A stretch of 64,000 nt of DNA from Octopus sinensis. Its lineage: Eukaryota. The notes below the pieces were generated by a model that saw nothing but the letters and a program-made list of their open reading frames with translations, was not told where the DNA came from and made no database searches. Shown piece after piece: positions 1-13,967 of the stretch; within the stretch, counting starts at the first letter, position 1; every line of letters begins with the position of its first letter. The stretch covers positions 86,614,001 to 86,678,000 of the forward strand of contig NC_043000.1 in the NCBI RefSeq assembly GCF_006345805.1, in the 5' to 3' direction. The translations under genes and the position numbers were made by a program.

Positions 1-845
1 TTCTCATCAAACGACAAGGGAACTGGCAGAGAAAATGGAATGCTCTCACACTGCTATAGAGAATCATCTTCACTCGATGAGAAAGGTTCAGAAGTATGGA
101 GCATGGGTTCCGCATGCTTTAAGTGACAACAACAAAAATCAACAAGCCACAATCTCCGCTGGTTTGCTTGCTCAACTCATGGACACAAGCAACAATTTCT
201 TTATTGAATTGTTACTGGTGATGAAAAATGGTGCTTGTACATCAATATGAAGTAGCGTAAGGAGTGGCTTAGCCCCGGTAAACAAGCGACACCACGCGTG
301 AAACAAGTTCTTCATCCACGTAAAACGATGTTGTGTGTATTGTGGGACCAGGAAGGGATTATCCATTACGAATTGCTTGGGCAGAACCAAATGGTCAACA
401 CAGAACTCTATGTTCAATAGATGGAATGACTCAACATGGCTATTCAAGAGAAAAGATCTAATCGTCAGCATGGAGTTCTTCTGCATGACAACGCCCGCCC
501 TCATATCGTCAATATGACCAAGGAAGCCATTCAAACACCTGGCTAGGAAGTGCTGCCACACCCACCATACTCTCCTGATTTGGCACCAACGGATTTCCAC
601 CTCTTTCAAATGCTATGTGTGGAGTTTTATTCAATACTGATGAAGAATTGAGAGCTTGGTTGGATCAATTTTTCGAGTCGAAATCAGGTGATTTCTACCA
701 ATGAGGTATTGAAAATCTTGTTGAACGTTGGGAAGAAGTTGTAAACAACAAGGGTGAATACATTATTGATTAATTAGTTGTTATTTTTTATTAAACCTTT
801 TAAAAAAATTAAAATTTTAAAATAAACTGCGGGAACTTAGTTGAT
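1..845 (+). mobile_element. Mariner (DD34D) transposase pseudogene, 5' part outside the window
   Basis: Across frames: WVPHAL, IVTGDEKW, LHDNARPH...LPHPPYSPDLAPTDFH with 34 residues between the last two catalytic Asp, and C-terminal KGEYIID* near 773. Several stops and frameshifts; probable decayed right TIR at about 820-845. Confidence 0.92.
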
Positions 846-854
846 TCTATTGTT

Positions 855-1010
855 GGCACAAGACCTGAACTTTTGAGGAATGGGATAGTCAATTACATCG
901 ACCCCAGTATGTGATTGGTAGCTACATTATTGTCCCCAAAAGGATGAGAGGCAAAGTCAGCTTCAGTGGAATTCTAACTCAGAACATACAGACAAAATGC
1001 TTCTTGCCAC
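855..1010 (-). mobile_element. Decayed SINE with ctttgcctttcatcctt...gataaa..aagtacc core (Meta-domain-like)
   Basis: Reverse complement matches the copies at 40351-40566 and 40775-40948. Further copies lie at about 5150-5295(-), 7860-7990(+), 9700-9840(+), 27575-27705(+), 46810-47012(+) and 56490-56680(+). The superfamily name is from memory. Confidence 0.75.
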
Positions 1011-1596
1011 CATGCTTCCTTGTACAGATGATAATAATGATCAATGTTCAAAGGGAGATTAAAATATTGAAGTTCTTTCTTTTTTTATATTTGAACTTCA
1101 GCCTCTTTAATCCAACTAAAAAGCTAAAAAAATATTTTGTAAGATTTCAGTTGTAGGTATAAACAAAACTGCAGCTACTTAGGTGATTTATAAAATGTCT
1201 TCAGTATGATTCATTTGAAACAAATATTTTTACTAGTAAGAAAATCTGTATTTGTTTTTAATAGATAAATTAACTTGTTCATAGAAATAAATTCTTAAAA
1301 CTTCTTTTCTAAGTTACCTAATTATGAGTTAAGCAGTGATACTGCTACTTTCCCCAAAATATTAATAGTAATTAATTTTGAAGAAAAATGTTACAAAATA
1401 CCGCAATTTAACCTTATTTGCTAGCTTAAAAAAAAAACGGGGAAATTTTGTCAGAGCAGTTTGAACTGTTATGGTTGTATTTAATACAATACACTTTTGC
1501 ATGTAATGTGAAATTTGTATAACTAATGAGTGAAGCTCACTTGACTGAATTGATGGATTCCACCTTTAAATGTTATGTAAGACATCCAAAATTGCA

Positions 1597-1820
1597 TACT
1601 CTTTACTCTTTTACTCTTTTACTTGTTTCAGTCATTTGACTGTGGCCATGCTGGAGCACCGCCTTTAGTCGAGCAAATCGACCCCGGGACTTATTCTTTG
1701 TAAGCCCAGTACTTATTCTATCGGTCTCTTTTGCCGAACCGCTAAGTGACGGGGATGTAAACACACCTGCATCAGTTGTCAAGCAATGCTAGGGAGACAA
1801 ACACAGACACACAAACACAT

Positions 1821-1854
<34 letters not shown>

Positions 1855-2022
1855 ATATATACGACAGGCTTCTTTCAGTTTCCGTCTACCAAATCCACTC
1901 ACAAGGCATTGGTCAGCCCGGGGCTATAGCAGAAGACACTTGCCCAAGATGCCACGCAGTGGGACTGAACCCGGAACCATGTGGTTGGTTAGCAAGCTAC
2001 TTACCACACAGCCACTCCTGCG
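1597..2022 (-). mobile_element. Young full-length tRNA-derived SINE (octopus OR/OK-type, CORE-like) with (AAAGAGT)n tail
   Basis: Minus strand shows A-box-like TGGCTGTGTGG, B-box-like GGTTCAGTCCC, core CTTGGGCAAGTGTCTT, an internal (TA)n(TG)n, and a tail ...GTCAAATGACTGAAACAAGT(AAAAGAGT)n. CpGs are retained. Confidence 0.9.
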
Positions 2023-2389
2023 CATGTTTGCAATTCCTCTTGAAGTGTGAGATGAAAATCCTCTAATAGAAAGAAAATGAACTAAGACTCACCTTTGCAA
2101 ACATTTATATGACATACTTTTGAATCTTTGAGTAATATCTAATCTGAATAGTTTATATTTTCTGAAATATTTTTCATTATCTTCAGTAAGAAAACACTTC
2201 AGATGGGGTATAAGCTATTTGCATCTAATGTTTATAATTCATTTTCTACTGAAGTCATAGACAAAAAAAAAATATTTTTATAAACATATCTAAAGAGAGA
2301 AAGAAGATAGCAATACGTGTTTCAATTGAAGAGATTTTATCTCTCTTAGATCTGGGCTTTTGAAACATCTTTCTTTTGCAGGATTTGCT

Positions 2390-2424
<35 letters not shown>

Positions 2425-3689
2425 CCTGAAGGAAATTTTGTGTTGCTTTTGCATAAAAACATTCTAGAATCATTAGTAATATTCACAACCTTTAAGTTTG
2501 GCAACAATTTAAAAATGTACATATTTGAATCCTTTACTATAATTAACTTTAGCCTTTCTGAAAATTCATTATCATTTATATATTTCCTCAATTTTTAATT
2601 GTTATTACTCTATGAAACTTACTTTCTCGAATGTGATCTACCTTTTTTTTTTTTAATATATCCACCCAACTTAAAAATGACTTTTCAGATTTTACTTTGT
2701 CTGCACCTACTTTATTGTTCTATTCTTATGCACGCCCCCCCCCCCCATTCTCTCTCTTCTTGCTAGCAAGTTATACCTGTTTAAATTACTGCACAGCCAG
2801 TCAGCCAATTACCTTTTAAGAGAGTAAATATTGCTCAACTTCATAGTATGTTAATCAATGACACTATCACAAACACTACATAACTTGTTGAAATAATAGA
2901 TCTACTATAAGTATACAGAGACTTCCACTCCTTAAGTCTAAATTATTTGCACATTTTATTATATCAATATGTGCTGCACTAGAAATCTCAAATCAGTATC
3001 ATTCTGAATGAAATGCCACCATACATTTTGTTCAACAATTTTTTCTTTGCTTTTTTGTATTACTTAACTATTATTTTCATTATTGACAGGTGAAGATTAT
3101 CTTTCTCTTAATCAATAAACACTAAAATATTAAGAGATCTTCATTAATTTTGAAAAAACAAGCAGCGTCTTAAACAAATAGATTAAAACAGCAATTCTAG
3201 TGAAAATAAGGCTTATTACATAAACTATGTTTTATTACATGTATATTTTCTGTAGCCTTAAACCATTATGAGTTCAAAATCTTGCTACAGCTAATGCCCA
3301 ATAAGACGCATCATTTTTCATGACTAAAACTAACCCCACTCTGTATCCATCCATCATTCTACCCAGTCTTTACATTTGTTGTCTACCTCCCCTTCTCTAA
3401 CCTATTCCCATATCTCACTTTCCTAGATCACTCTTGCAACCTCCACCCACTTACATTCCTGATTCTTTTGTCCTCACCCACTACTGCTCAACTCATACTT
3501 TGAAGGTCCATCCAGACACCTCAGTACCATTATTTTTATCTCTTTGCAGCTCCATCCAATCACTCCCACCCTCTCTTCTAAAATGTGAATTGTCATATAC
3601 AATAAGAAACCTGGTCTGCTCTGGCCTTTTCTCGCCTATTTTAAACCCTCATCTTTTAGCATAAATTTGCCTCCCTCTGGGTTGTAGTC

Positions 3690-3900
3690 TTGCAAGCTGC
3701 ATGGCAACCTCACCTGTGCTGATGGAACAAAAAACACCCAGTATATGCTGTAAAACGGTTGGCATCAAAAAGGGCATCACACCAAAGAAACCTTGCAGAA
3801 GCAGACACTTGAACATAATGTAATCCTTGGACCCATCAAATCCTGTCAAACTATCCAGCTCATCCAAGCATGGAACATGAATGTTAAATGATGTTGCTGA
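3690..3900 (+). mobile_element. RTE-LINE 3'-end-derived repeat, decayed
   Basis: Contains ggttggcatc..aagggcatc and catccaagcatggaac...gttaaatgatg, shared with 59940-60189 and 52002-52408. Confidence 0.75.
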
Positions 3901-5759
3901 ACATCTTGGAACATTTTCTTAATTGCAAACAATTTTAAACTTCAGAAAAAGTTTGCTCCCTTTTGTGAATTTTTTTCTATGATTCAATTAATTTTGAAAA
4001 TAATCAAGAATTTGGAGGAATTTAATGGTTGACTTTTTTGTTAAGTCGATGTTTAGAACATGATAGATTCTTGCATAAAATTATATTAGTTTTAATTTAA
4101 ATACTAATACTTTGAAATGGGATATTTTGTATTATTGAACCAAGCATGGTTTCAGGTAGGATGTTATCAAAGGGGTTAAATATAAAAAAAATTTAAGGTG
4201 GGAGTATAAAATCAGGGTTGACTTACAGTTGTTGACATGTGGTATACATTTGGAGGTAGTCTTCTCACATTCTACAGGGAATTCAAAAGTTTCTTGGAAT
4301 TAAATTTGTTTAGATTGCTAAGTAGGGTTGATAAGAAGTGTTGAAAGCTATTGCACAAACAATTTCTATACTAAAATTGATAAGGTCAACCATGTTAAAT
4401 AGGGATGACAACTTGGTCTTCATCATGTAGAATTTTGTAAAATATGTTCCAGTATTAGCAGTTTTAAGTTGTAGATTTCTTTTTTTATTTATCAGTTGAT
4501 AGTGCACTTATCTTTAATTGTTGATACTTTTACAAAATAAAGTTACATAAGATCTACAGCCCTACCATCCTTCTTCCTTCACTGCTAGTTTTATTGAAAT
4601 ACAGTAATCCTTTATTTGTGCTCTATCTGCTTCTTATCTATATATGTAAGCATACATGAAACACTTTCTCTCTGTAAGTTTAGAAAACTATAAATTAGGG
4701 ATTTAATGCTTTATAGAAAAAGTTCTTGCCTATGAATTCAGAAATTGATTTAAGATGCTTACTGCTCCATGATGGCTAAAATGTACTGAAGAACTGGAAC
4801 TTAGATTTTTCTTAAGAAGTGGGTGAAGTATATGAAAAAATAAATTCACTTTACAATATTTCTGTGTGAATTTTACTTTTGTCTGTAGACTGCAGCCATG
4901 CTTGGGCTTTACCATCTTGTACTTGGCCATTCAATAAATAGGGTTCAATAAAATATAAATTCTCTGGCATAAAATATGCTGTACACCTAAATGTACATGG
5001 TCACTACTTCAAAAAATCCATGAATGAAACAGCAGAAATATAAGACAGCATAAAAATTTAACTCTTCCCTAACAGCAGTATGAAAAACGACTTAGTTTCT
5101 GTCGCATACCCTTGGCTTGAATGATGACTGTATCATAATTGTTTCTAATTTAGACACTAGAGCTGTAATTTTGAGGAGGAAGAAGTGGAGGCTAGTCAAT
5201 TATATCTATTCTAGTATTTGGGTGGTGTTTTATTTTATTGACCCTGAAAGGACACAAGGCAAAGTTGACCTTGGCAGGATTTGGACTCAGGACAAATACC
5301 AGAAAACAAATTTTCCAGCATATAGGTACAAGTTTGGTTGTGTGGCTAAGAAGCTCTCTTTGCAACCATGGGCCATTGGGCTTGGTCCTACTACATGACA
5401 CCTAGGATGTCTTCTATTGCTCTGGGCTGAACATTGCCATGTAAGTGAATTTGATAGACAGAAACTACAGGAAATCCATTGCGCGTGTGTGTGTGTGTGT
5501 TTATCTATTCTAAATCCTTGATATGGAAGATGGAGTGTAACTGGAAGCTTTATTTAGCACAACGATCATTTTGGTTGCCTTCTTCACTGCCCCATAGTGG
5601 ATGGGAAATGATGTAATGACATCAGATGCACCATGCAGTGCAAAGGAGCCTCATCAGGTGATGTAATTAGGCTTCAAAAGTTGTAAGATTTACATTTTGC
5701 TACAAGCTAGATGCAAGGTGGTACTATGGTGTGTTGCTAGTAGTTCACACACATTGAAG

Positions 5760-6100
5760 TAATGTGCACATGCATGTGTGTGTATGTATTAGTGTATGTG
5801 TAAAAATAGATGGATGCATCTATGTACATACACTGATTAGCATGAGTGCATATAGGTGTGTGTACTTGTGTCTATATAGGCAGAGGTGTGAATCAACAGG
5901 TGGTGTGATGTGTGCCCATATATATATGTATGTTTGCATGTGTGTATACATACATGTGCACATGCACATACGTGTGTGTATCAATGTATGTGTATAAATA
6001 GATGCATCTATGTAATTATGCTGAATGGCACAAGTGTGTATAAATGCATGTGTATGTGAGTATATTTGTACATGTTTATATAGGTTTAGGTATGAATTGG
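5760..6100. repeat. Degenerate (TG/TA)n low-complexity tract
   Basis: Alternating purine/pyrimidine sequence; it generates the spurious V/C/Y/M-rich ORF 5764..5997. Confidence 0.85.
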
Positions 6101-8647
6101 TGTATATTCTATTAATACAGCAGGCCGGAGGTTAATTAAGCAGCCATCAAGTCTAAAGACAGGAAACATACACCCACCAAATTCTCTACCATGCCTTCAT
6201 GCTTGACTGCCATAATCAGCCATCAAAGGTCTCCACATGTTTTAGGGCCTTTCAGTCCAATGCCATTAACCCCCACCCCCATCCATAACATTATATTCTT
6301 TGACCTTTGAAAACTTTTGAAATAAAAGAATAGAATCCCCTATTTGAAAAACTGAGTTAGAGTTGGGGACATCTGGATGTAAAAATCTTACCTCAAATAA
6401 CTAACTCATGTTAGCATGGGAAAATGGACATTAAATGAACAAATGTATTTTTATAACATTCCTTTACAATTATGTTATCATTTATTTGGGGGGTTGGGGG
6501 GGGGTTCTTAGAATAGAAACCTGTTGGCTATGAATTTTATTCTTCAGTCTGTTATTGTTATTATTATTACATGTTAAACCCTTCTCTTGAGCTCTTTAAA
6601 CACTTTCTCACCTTACTTACTCCTGGGTACCTAAATCCTTCATACTCTTTCATTGCTATGATGTTTTAATCTTTTAAACTCTCTATAATTAATACTGTAA
6701 ACTTCTTCCTCCCCAAACTGCATACCACTATTCTTGATAAACATTCTTACTATTTGAAGTAGAGAATCAAGACATTTTAAATTTTTAGCATACAATTTAA
6801 GGTCATCCATAGATAGCTAATTTATGTTTGTCAAAGGAATCAATGCAATCCTGAAAAGCAATTGAAAGAGTGAGTTTCTCTGAAATATCAGTTTTTGATA
6901 TTTCCTTATGATTCATATCTGCACTTGAGTTCTTTCCATCATCTCATTGCTTTTTCTCAAAAAAAAGAAACTGCTATACTTTTTATTGACCTGAATAGTC
7001 CTCAGGCACTCCAAAAGTTTATAGTGTAGTACATTATTTTCTTTCTTGTAGTCTATTCAATCAGCTGCTAAGTTCTTTTTTTCTTCTTTGCACTTCAAAC
7101 ATATAAAACCCAGATCCCAGAACACTGTCACACCCATGAGATTTAAAGTATCTTTTTAAACATATTTAATATTTATATTTTCTTGACTTGACCTATTTTC
7201 CATTTCACTTTTAAATTCCTGTAACCAATATATCCCACTGTTATGTTCAGCTTTCATGTTCCAAATATTTGACCAAAAGTTCTTTGTGACATCACTATTT
7301 CATTCTCCTGAAGTTCCTTCTCATTGCTCAGTCATTGGGAAAATTTCCTATCACTGCTTCTGAAGAGCCTGTTTTGAATCTGATTTGTTCTTTATTAGAA
7401 TCTGTTTTACCTGACTTTGCTTTAATTTTTTGTCTATTCTTGATAAACATTCTTTAGCAGCCTTTAACCATCTGTGCTTTATGTACTTTGAAGCTTGTCT
7501 TTACTTTTTACTTTCACCATCTATTTCTATGTTATGACATTTATCTTATCAAGATTTTCATTATTAGGGCACTTTTGATGCCTTAGATTTGGCAGAGTAC
7601 TCTAGCCTTTGCATAGTTTCCATTGAATTACCACAAGGCACTCTTCTTCCACTAACAGAGAGTTTTTATTGTTGAAGGGTTTTTTTTTTGTTGCATTTTG
7701 TTTTTGTTGACTTTCTATGTAAACCCCATTTTGTGTGTTTGTATATTGTCCTTGTATTTCCCCCATATCTTGGACCTTATAATCAATAAATGTGGGGCGG
7801 GTTGGCAAACCCAATAGAGCATTAAACAACAATTCCTTGCTATATTAATTATGGCTCTTGCATTCCAGGTTCAAATTCCACTGAGGTTAACTTTGTTTTT
7901 TATCCTTCAAGAAAATGATAAAGAAGCACCAAGAAAATATTTGGGTCAATATAAATGGATGTTCACATCCCTCCAAAATTTTGGTTTTTTATCTGTTATT
8001 ACTTGTACATCACTTATTGTTTTATGAATGGAATAAATAATACTCTGTTCCATTGAAATATGCATTTTCAAAATAGAGAGAAATAAGAGAAATGTTACTC
8101 AAATTGAGAAAAAAAATTGTTTCAGTGTTTTATATATCTATATACAACATTACATACACCATCTTCATTGGTATATTAATGGGACCATGGGCCTCTTGGG
8201 CACTAGTGCAGCAACAACCATGCCCTAACTTTAAAAAAACATTGGTCATAACATACAGCATGTCTTGAGCATCTAAACTTGCTACTCCTGCAGATTTAAT
8301 CTCAGCTGGTTTCTCCCAAGGAGAGAGAGAGGTGTTGGCTGGTACATTTATTAATCCCAAAGAGATGAAAACCAAAGTTGAACTTGTCAATACTTTAAAT
8401 CAAAATACAGGGGACCAGAACAAATACCATTAGGTATTTTAGCTGATGTTCTAATGATTCTATTGGTTCACATACATACATGCAATGTATGTATATATGT
8501 GTGGTTAAGAAGTTCACTTTCCAACCACAGGTTCTGTCTCACTGCATAGCAGTTGAGGATGGCCAAAATTTTGTGAGCAGATTTGGTAGGCAGAGATTGG
8601 AAGGAGTCTGTTGTCTGTGACTATATGAGTTTGCTTGTGTGCATACA

Positions 8648-8707
<60 letters not shown>

Positions 8708-8713
<6 letters not shown>

Positions 8714-9580
8714 GTTTGATGGGTAAATTGTCTTATATTTTTAATTTTGCACATGTACATTGTTTTTGATTTTGTTGATTACACAGTATAGTGGGGTCAG
8801 TTGGGCACCATCTGAGAAAAGCAGCACCATGACACAATTCACTCTGCCAGAAATTTGGAAATGACATGCTGTACTGCTTGGCATTTGCACTGGAAACTCC
8901 AATACAAACATTTCAGAGTTTTTTGGTGTCAAACTGAGGACATGTACTGAGAGTGATAAAAATCAAATATCCAGTCAACATCATGGAATTTGGAGTGATC
9001 ACTAGTGATGGTGATGTTATGCCTCCATTCATCTTCCCACACAGCCTCAGACTCAACATGAAGGCCTACATCAAGTGCCTGAAGTAGGTAATGCTGCTGT
9101 GGATCAAGAGGGTGACTACTGGAAGACCCTATGTCTGGCAACAGGACTCTGCACCATGCCACACAAGCAGGAGAACCCAGTCATGGTTGTCAGATAATTT
9201 CTGCAGCCACAACACATCCTAACACATGGCCACCTAACTCCCCGGACTGCAACCCCCTTGATTATTATGTGTGGAGCACAATTAAACAAGAGACCAACAA
9301 AACTCCTTGTGATACCAAAGATGAACTGAAGGCAAGGATTATGGCAGCATTCACTAACTTAAACAAGGAGACTGTCCAGAAGAGTTCTGCAGGAGATTCC
9401 AGAGTCATATGGAGGCCGTGGTTGAAGCTAATGGCGATTTTATTGAATAAAATTTACTCTTTATAATTTCAAGATATTTTTATGTAATTTTGGTAAATAT
9501 ATCTGTTAAAATGAGATATCAGTGTTATTTTCATTTTTGTGTAATTTGGACACAGCAATTTATTCACTGCATCCTGTATA
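8708..9580 (+). mobile_element. Internally deleted DD37D (maT-type) Tc1/mariner element
   Basis: WQQDSAPCHTSRRTQSWLSDNF...WPPNSPDCNPLDYYVW gives 37 residues between the Asp residues after removing one extra base; C-terminus EANGDFIE*. Right end caatttattcactgcatcctgta is TIR-like; the left end is decayed and abuts (TA)n. Confidence 0.88.
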
Positions 9581-10228
9581 CAGTAGTGTGTGCAACGCTG
9601 ATAAATCCTTTACTTGTTTTTGCTGCTCTTCTTTATATATTTATTCTAGTGTTAGACTTGCCTTGCATTTATTCTAGCATTTTGTGCTCTTATTTCTAAT
9701 TTTGCTGAGAGCAACATTGCCTTTCATCCCTCTGGGGTTGATAAAGTAAAGTATCAGTTAGCACACCTGGGTCATTATCATAAGCAAACCCTGTCCCTTC
9801 CCTCAAAATTGCTGGCCTTGTGCCTAAATTAGAAACTGTTATAATTATTTTTGTAGCACTCCTGCTGCAGGAAAATTTTTCTCGAATGTTAATTATTGAG
9901 TTCTAGTTTCTGTTATGAATATATCTTATGTCAGCAGTGCTTTTATAGTTATCTTCAATTTTGGGGCTGAGGTACCAAATGTAATTTGTTTGCAGTCAAG
10001 GTTTAAATTCTCTTGTGTAAACTGCAAGTACTAAAAATATGTACTAAAAACATATCTTATGAACAATATTATATGGCTTTTGAAGTATGAAAGCTTTGAA
10101 TTACATCCTTTATCTTATAATATTTACTTTCTCTGAAATTTTCTTTGTAAATTTTATCTTAAGATCTCCCACCAAAAAAGTTAGAGTAACTGCTTACTAA
10201 TAAGATGTTTTTCATGGGAGTAAAGAAC

Positions 10229-10680
10229 CATCATCACCATCCTACTGACATTCACTTTTCCATACCTGCATGGGTTGGATGGAGTTTATTGAGGCAGATT
10301 TTCTATGGCTGAATGCCCTTCTGGCCACCAACTTCCATCTGCTTTCATGCAAGGTAATATTTCCCCATAGCCAAACTTGTTTTTCCCAGAATATTAGAAT
10401 GATAAACACTCCCTGTATGTCAGTGGCAGACATTTTACTTTCATGTGGTGTCACAAAGAGACACACACACAGGCGCTCGCATGCATGCACACACACACAC
10501 ACGCACACTTGCATATATAACAGGTTTCTTTGTTTCCAACTACCAAATCCACTCAAATGACTTTGGTCAGCCAAGGGCTATAGTAGAAGATACTTGTCAA
10601 AGGTGCCCACACAGTGTGTCTATCTCCCACCCTGCAAAAAACTGTATTTGCGAAGCAAATTTCTTAACTACACTGCTAAA
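10229..10680 (-). mobile_element. tRNA-headed SINE with RTE-type (GAT)n tail, decayed
   Basis: Same head and core as 1597-2022 but a tail matching the LINE 3' end. Similar minus-strand copies lie at about 38232-38507 and 58273-58655. Confidence 0.8.
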
Positions 10681-11121
10681 GTGCAATGAATTTTGGGAGC
10701 CAAAATACATTTTTATTAGTATTGAATTTGAATACTAAACTTGCAATATTTTCAGTGCTCAGTTAACTTGTTTTATTTTAAAAAAAAAAAAAGAAAAATG
10801 AATACACAGTCCTTTTTACTCAAAATTGTTACTTAAAATCAAATTTAAATTAGACAAATACAATACTATTGACACTCGTGGAAATTTCAAGGGTTTTCCT
10901 TGTGGAAACTGAGAACTTTAATTGTGTGTTGTTATTTGTGATGTTGGAGATGACAGAGAGAAAAAGTGGAAGTTAGTCAAGATGGTAACAGTGAAAGGTA
11001 GAAGAAAAGAAACTGTAAGGAATTGATACAGATATATAATCATATTGTACACAGACACACACAAATATGAATATATAAATCTTTTCACTTGATCAAAATA
11101 TCTCATTGAACTTTGATAAGT

Positions 11122-11173
<52 letters not shown>

Positions 11174-11201
11174 TATTCACTGTTGAAAGCAGTTTTTAAC
11201 T

Positions 11202-11768
11202 GGTATATCCAGCAAGACTTGCACCCATCCCCCACAAAAAAACCACCCTTAAAAAAATTTTTTTTTTTTTTTTGACACGAACCCCCCCTTTTCGGCTACA
11301 GGAAATACGAATCTGTAAAAAAAATTGGCAAAAATCAACATTTCTAAATTACCACTACCCCCCCCCCCCCCAACATTTCCGTAACTTTTAACTTTTTTGA
11401 CAATTTTTTCAAGAAAATATGTGGAAAAATATGGAGATTATGATTCTGAAAAAATGTCCAAAAATCTTTGTAAAATTAAAAAATTTTTTTTTTTTTCCTA
11501 AATATGCAGAAAAATATGGACATCATGATTCAGGCAAAAATTTCAAAACTGTACTTACGGTTTTAGGGTTAGTGTTGGGGGAAAAAGTCAAAATTGAAGA
11601 AGTTGGGGAGGGAAAGGTTGGGAGAAATTTCACAGTGCTGATTTTTGGCAATTTCTGGAACCTCCGTATCCAAAAACAGGGATTTTGGGCAAAAAAAAAT
11701 TACAAAAATAAACAAATTTGGGAGAAAATAGGAGGGCGGGGGCAGGCGGAAGTCTTTCTGTATATCCT
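11202..11768. mobile_element. Non-autonomous DNA element with about 30-bp imperfect TIRs
   Basis: Left gtatatccagcaagacttgcacccatccccc versus the reverse complement of the right end ggatatacagaaagacttccgcctgccccc; internal duplicated block aaaatatgga.at.atgattc. Confidence 0.65.
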
Positions 11769-12207
11769 ACCAATGTTCTTCTATTTACTGTTCTTGATGT
11801 TCTTATACTTTCATCTGGTCATGACTTGCTATGAATTTCATGTGTAGTTGCTTCTGTATGGGATAGTAACATACTTTAGCAGCTGTTTTGCTTTCAAATT
11901 AGAATTTTCATATCAACCAGATGATTACCCATGCCATCTTGGAAAACAGACATTAAATGATGATAGTTGATAATTTTAATGCGATTAATTGTGAAATTTC
12001 TAATAAAACTATCTTTTCTTAAAGAGCGATGTTATGTCATTAATATATGAAGAGTATTCAAGTTAAGGTAGTCTTCGCTTATGCTTATTCAGTTTAGCAG
12101 GTGAATACTCTGTTTGTGGTTTGTGTTTATTGATTTTTCTTCAGGACATTGACATTGGTTTATATAGCAGTTCTATATATAAAAATGAATGTGAGTTGTG
12201 TGTTTAT

Positions 12208-12243
<36 letters not shown>

Positions 12244-13767
12244 GTCTCTGTGTGTGTGTGTGTGTGTGTGTGTAAATTATAGTGTTATCTTGATGAGTCA
12301 GTTTCACAAATATTGATTCTAAATTCGAATCATTATTGATTCCTTTGAAAAAAAAAAAAAGTAGGGGTATTAGAACTACCCACTCATCTCTCTTACCTGT
12401 TATTCTAAAGCTTCTTGCTTATTTCAAAGACAGCCGCCGTCATTATCTTTTGTAGAACAAAGAGAAAGGCAGTAAACTGCTAACTCAGTAAAATACTAAA
12501 CAAAAATGCCTTTAGTTACTTCTCTTTGCATCCTGAAATCAAATATAAACTGGATTGATTCTCACTCATTCCATTTATTCCTTCAGAGGCAATATCATTA
12601 GTGTCAGTCAAGGGATAACTGAATTGAGATACTGTAAGAACTAATTGTTATTACTAGCAGTAATAACTTATAATTCATTGGGTTTGAGAATAGGATTGGA
12701 TGCTTTAAAGTTTATATAGGTTTGTGTGCCATCATTTTTCTTAGATTTATTGGAGCTATTCTTACAATTAATCTATGTTTGAATGAAACCTGGACACATT
12801 TAATAATGGAAACACTTATATTTGGTGTACTTTTTCCTCTTTAACATAGGCATTATCTTATATCATCAAATATCAATGTTGTTGGATTTAATCTGATAGA
12901 TTATGCAGAAATCATGCAAATAATTGGTTAAAAGAGTTGTGAACTTATTAATGTTGTGCATAGTAACATTCATTTTTTTTTTAATGTGCATGCTTTGAAT
13001 AAACCAGTGTTAATACTTAATATAGATGTTTCATGGTAATAAAGGTTTCACAATCCCTTTAAATGAACTGGAGTTTTAGTAGTTAGGATAACATTCCTAT
13101 AATACCTGGAGAAAGAAGGTATTAATGACACAGAAGAACATAAGGAACACTGCCAACAATCTTACGTAAAATATTATAGATGTAAGGAAATAAAGGTATC
13201 TCATTGGATTAAAGCTTTGGGGTTTAAATTTTCAATCAACCAGTATTATGCCTTTTTCCAAGAGATATTACTAATCAAATTTAAATCCATCTGGTTGGCA
13301 AATGTACCACACTCGCTTGATGGTTGTGGTGTTAGCAATTAAAACCATTACTCTAATAAATCATATGTAAATATCAGAATTTACTATATGTATACACGTG
13401 TGCATGTCTGTGTCTGAGAGAGATAAGCAAAATCCAAGGAGATTGGTGGTGGTCTGTTGGATAGACTTGATTTATTTGGTAAAAGTGACAGGAAGATGAA
13501 ATTGAAATGAAGAGTGAAGTATCTAGCATTTTGAACAGTCTCATCTCCAGGTTTTAGATGAAAAAGGAAGAAGGAAAAATCTTTCAAACATAAAGGATAT
13601 AAAACATTATTGTCTTATCTCTCCCCACCTCCACTCTCCTTTTTCTTAACTCTAAAGAGGGCTGTTCGAAATCTTGAATATTTTACTCCTTGTGCCAGTT
13701 TCACTTGACATTTACAGTTGCTTTTTTTACCAAATTCACACACAAACACACACATCCCACAATATAT

Positions 13768-13961
13768 TTACAGGGTGACCATAGAGTCTGCATCATCTGA
13801 AAGAATGCATCATAAAAGAATGCACTCAAATTGGTGGAAATGTCGACTTACTACATTGGGTTCATGTGAATCTTGCAAAGTGCATCATGCACTTTGCATC
13901 ACTAATGGTGGGAACGATGTTGAAAATGTTATTCGTTAATGTATTTTAAAGTCACCCTCTG
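13768..13961. mobile_element. Small Tc1/mariner-type MITE
   Basis: Starts ta|cagggtgacc and ends aagtcaccctct (inverted match); contains a perfect internal palindrome at 13874-13898. Confidence 0.55.
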
Positions 13962-13967
13962 TGTGTA

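Noticed and set aside
172-609. 145-aa minus-strand ORF
   Set aside because: Antisense shadow of the mariner pseudogene.
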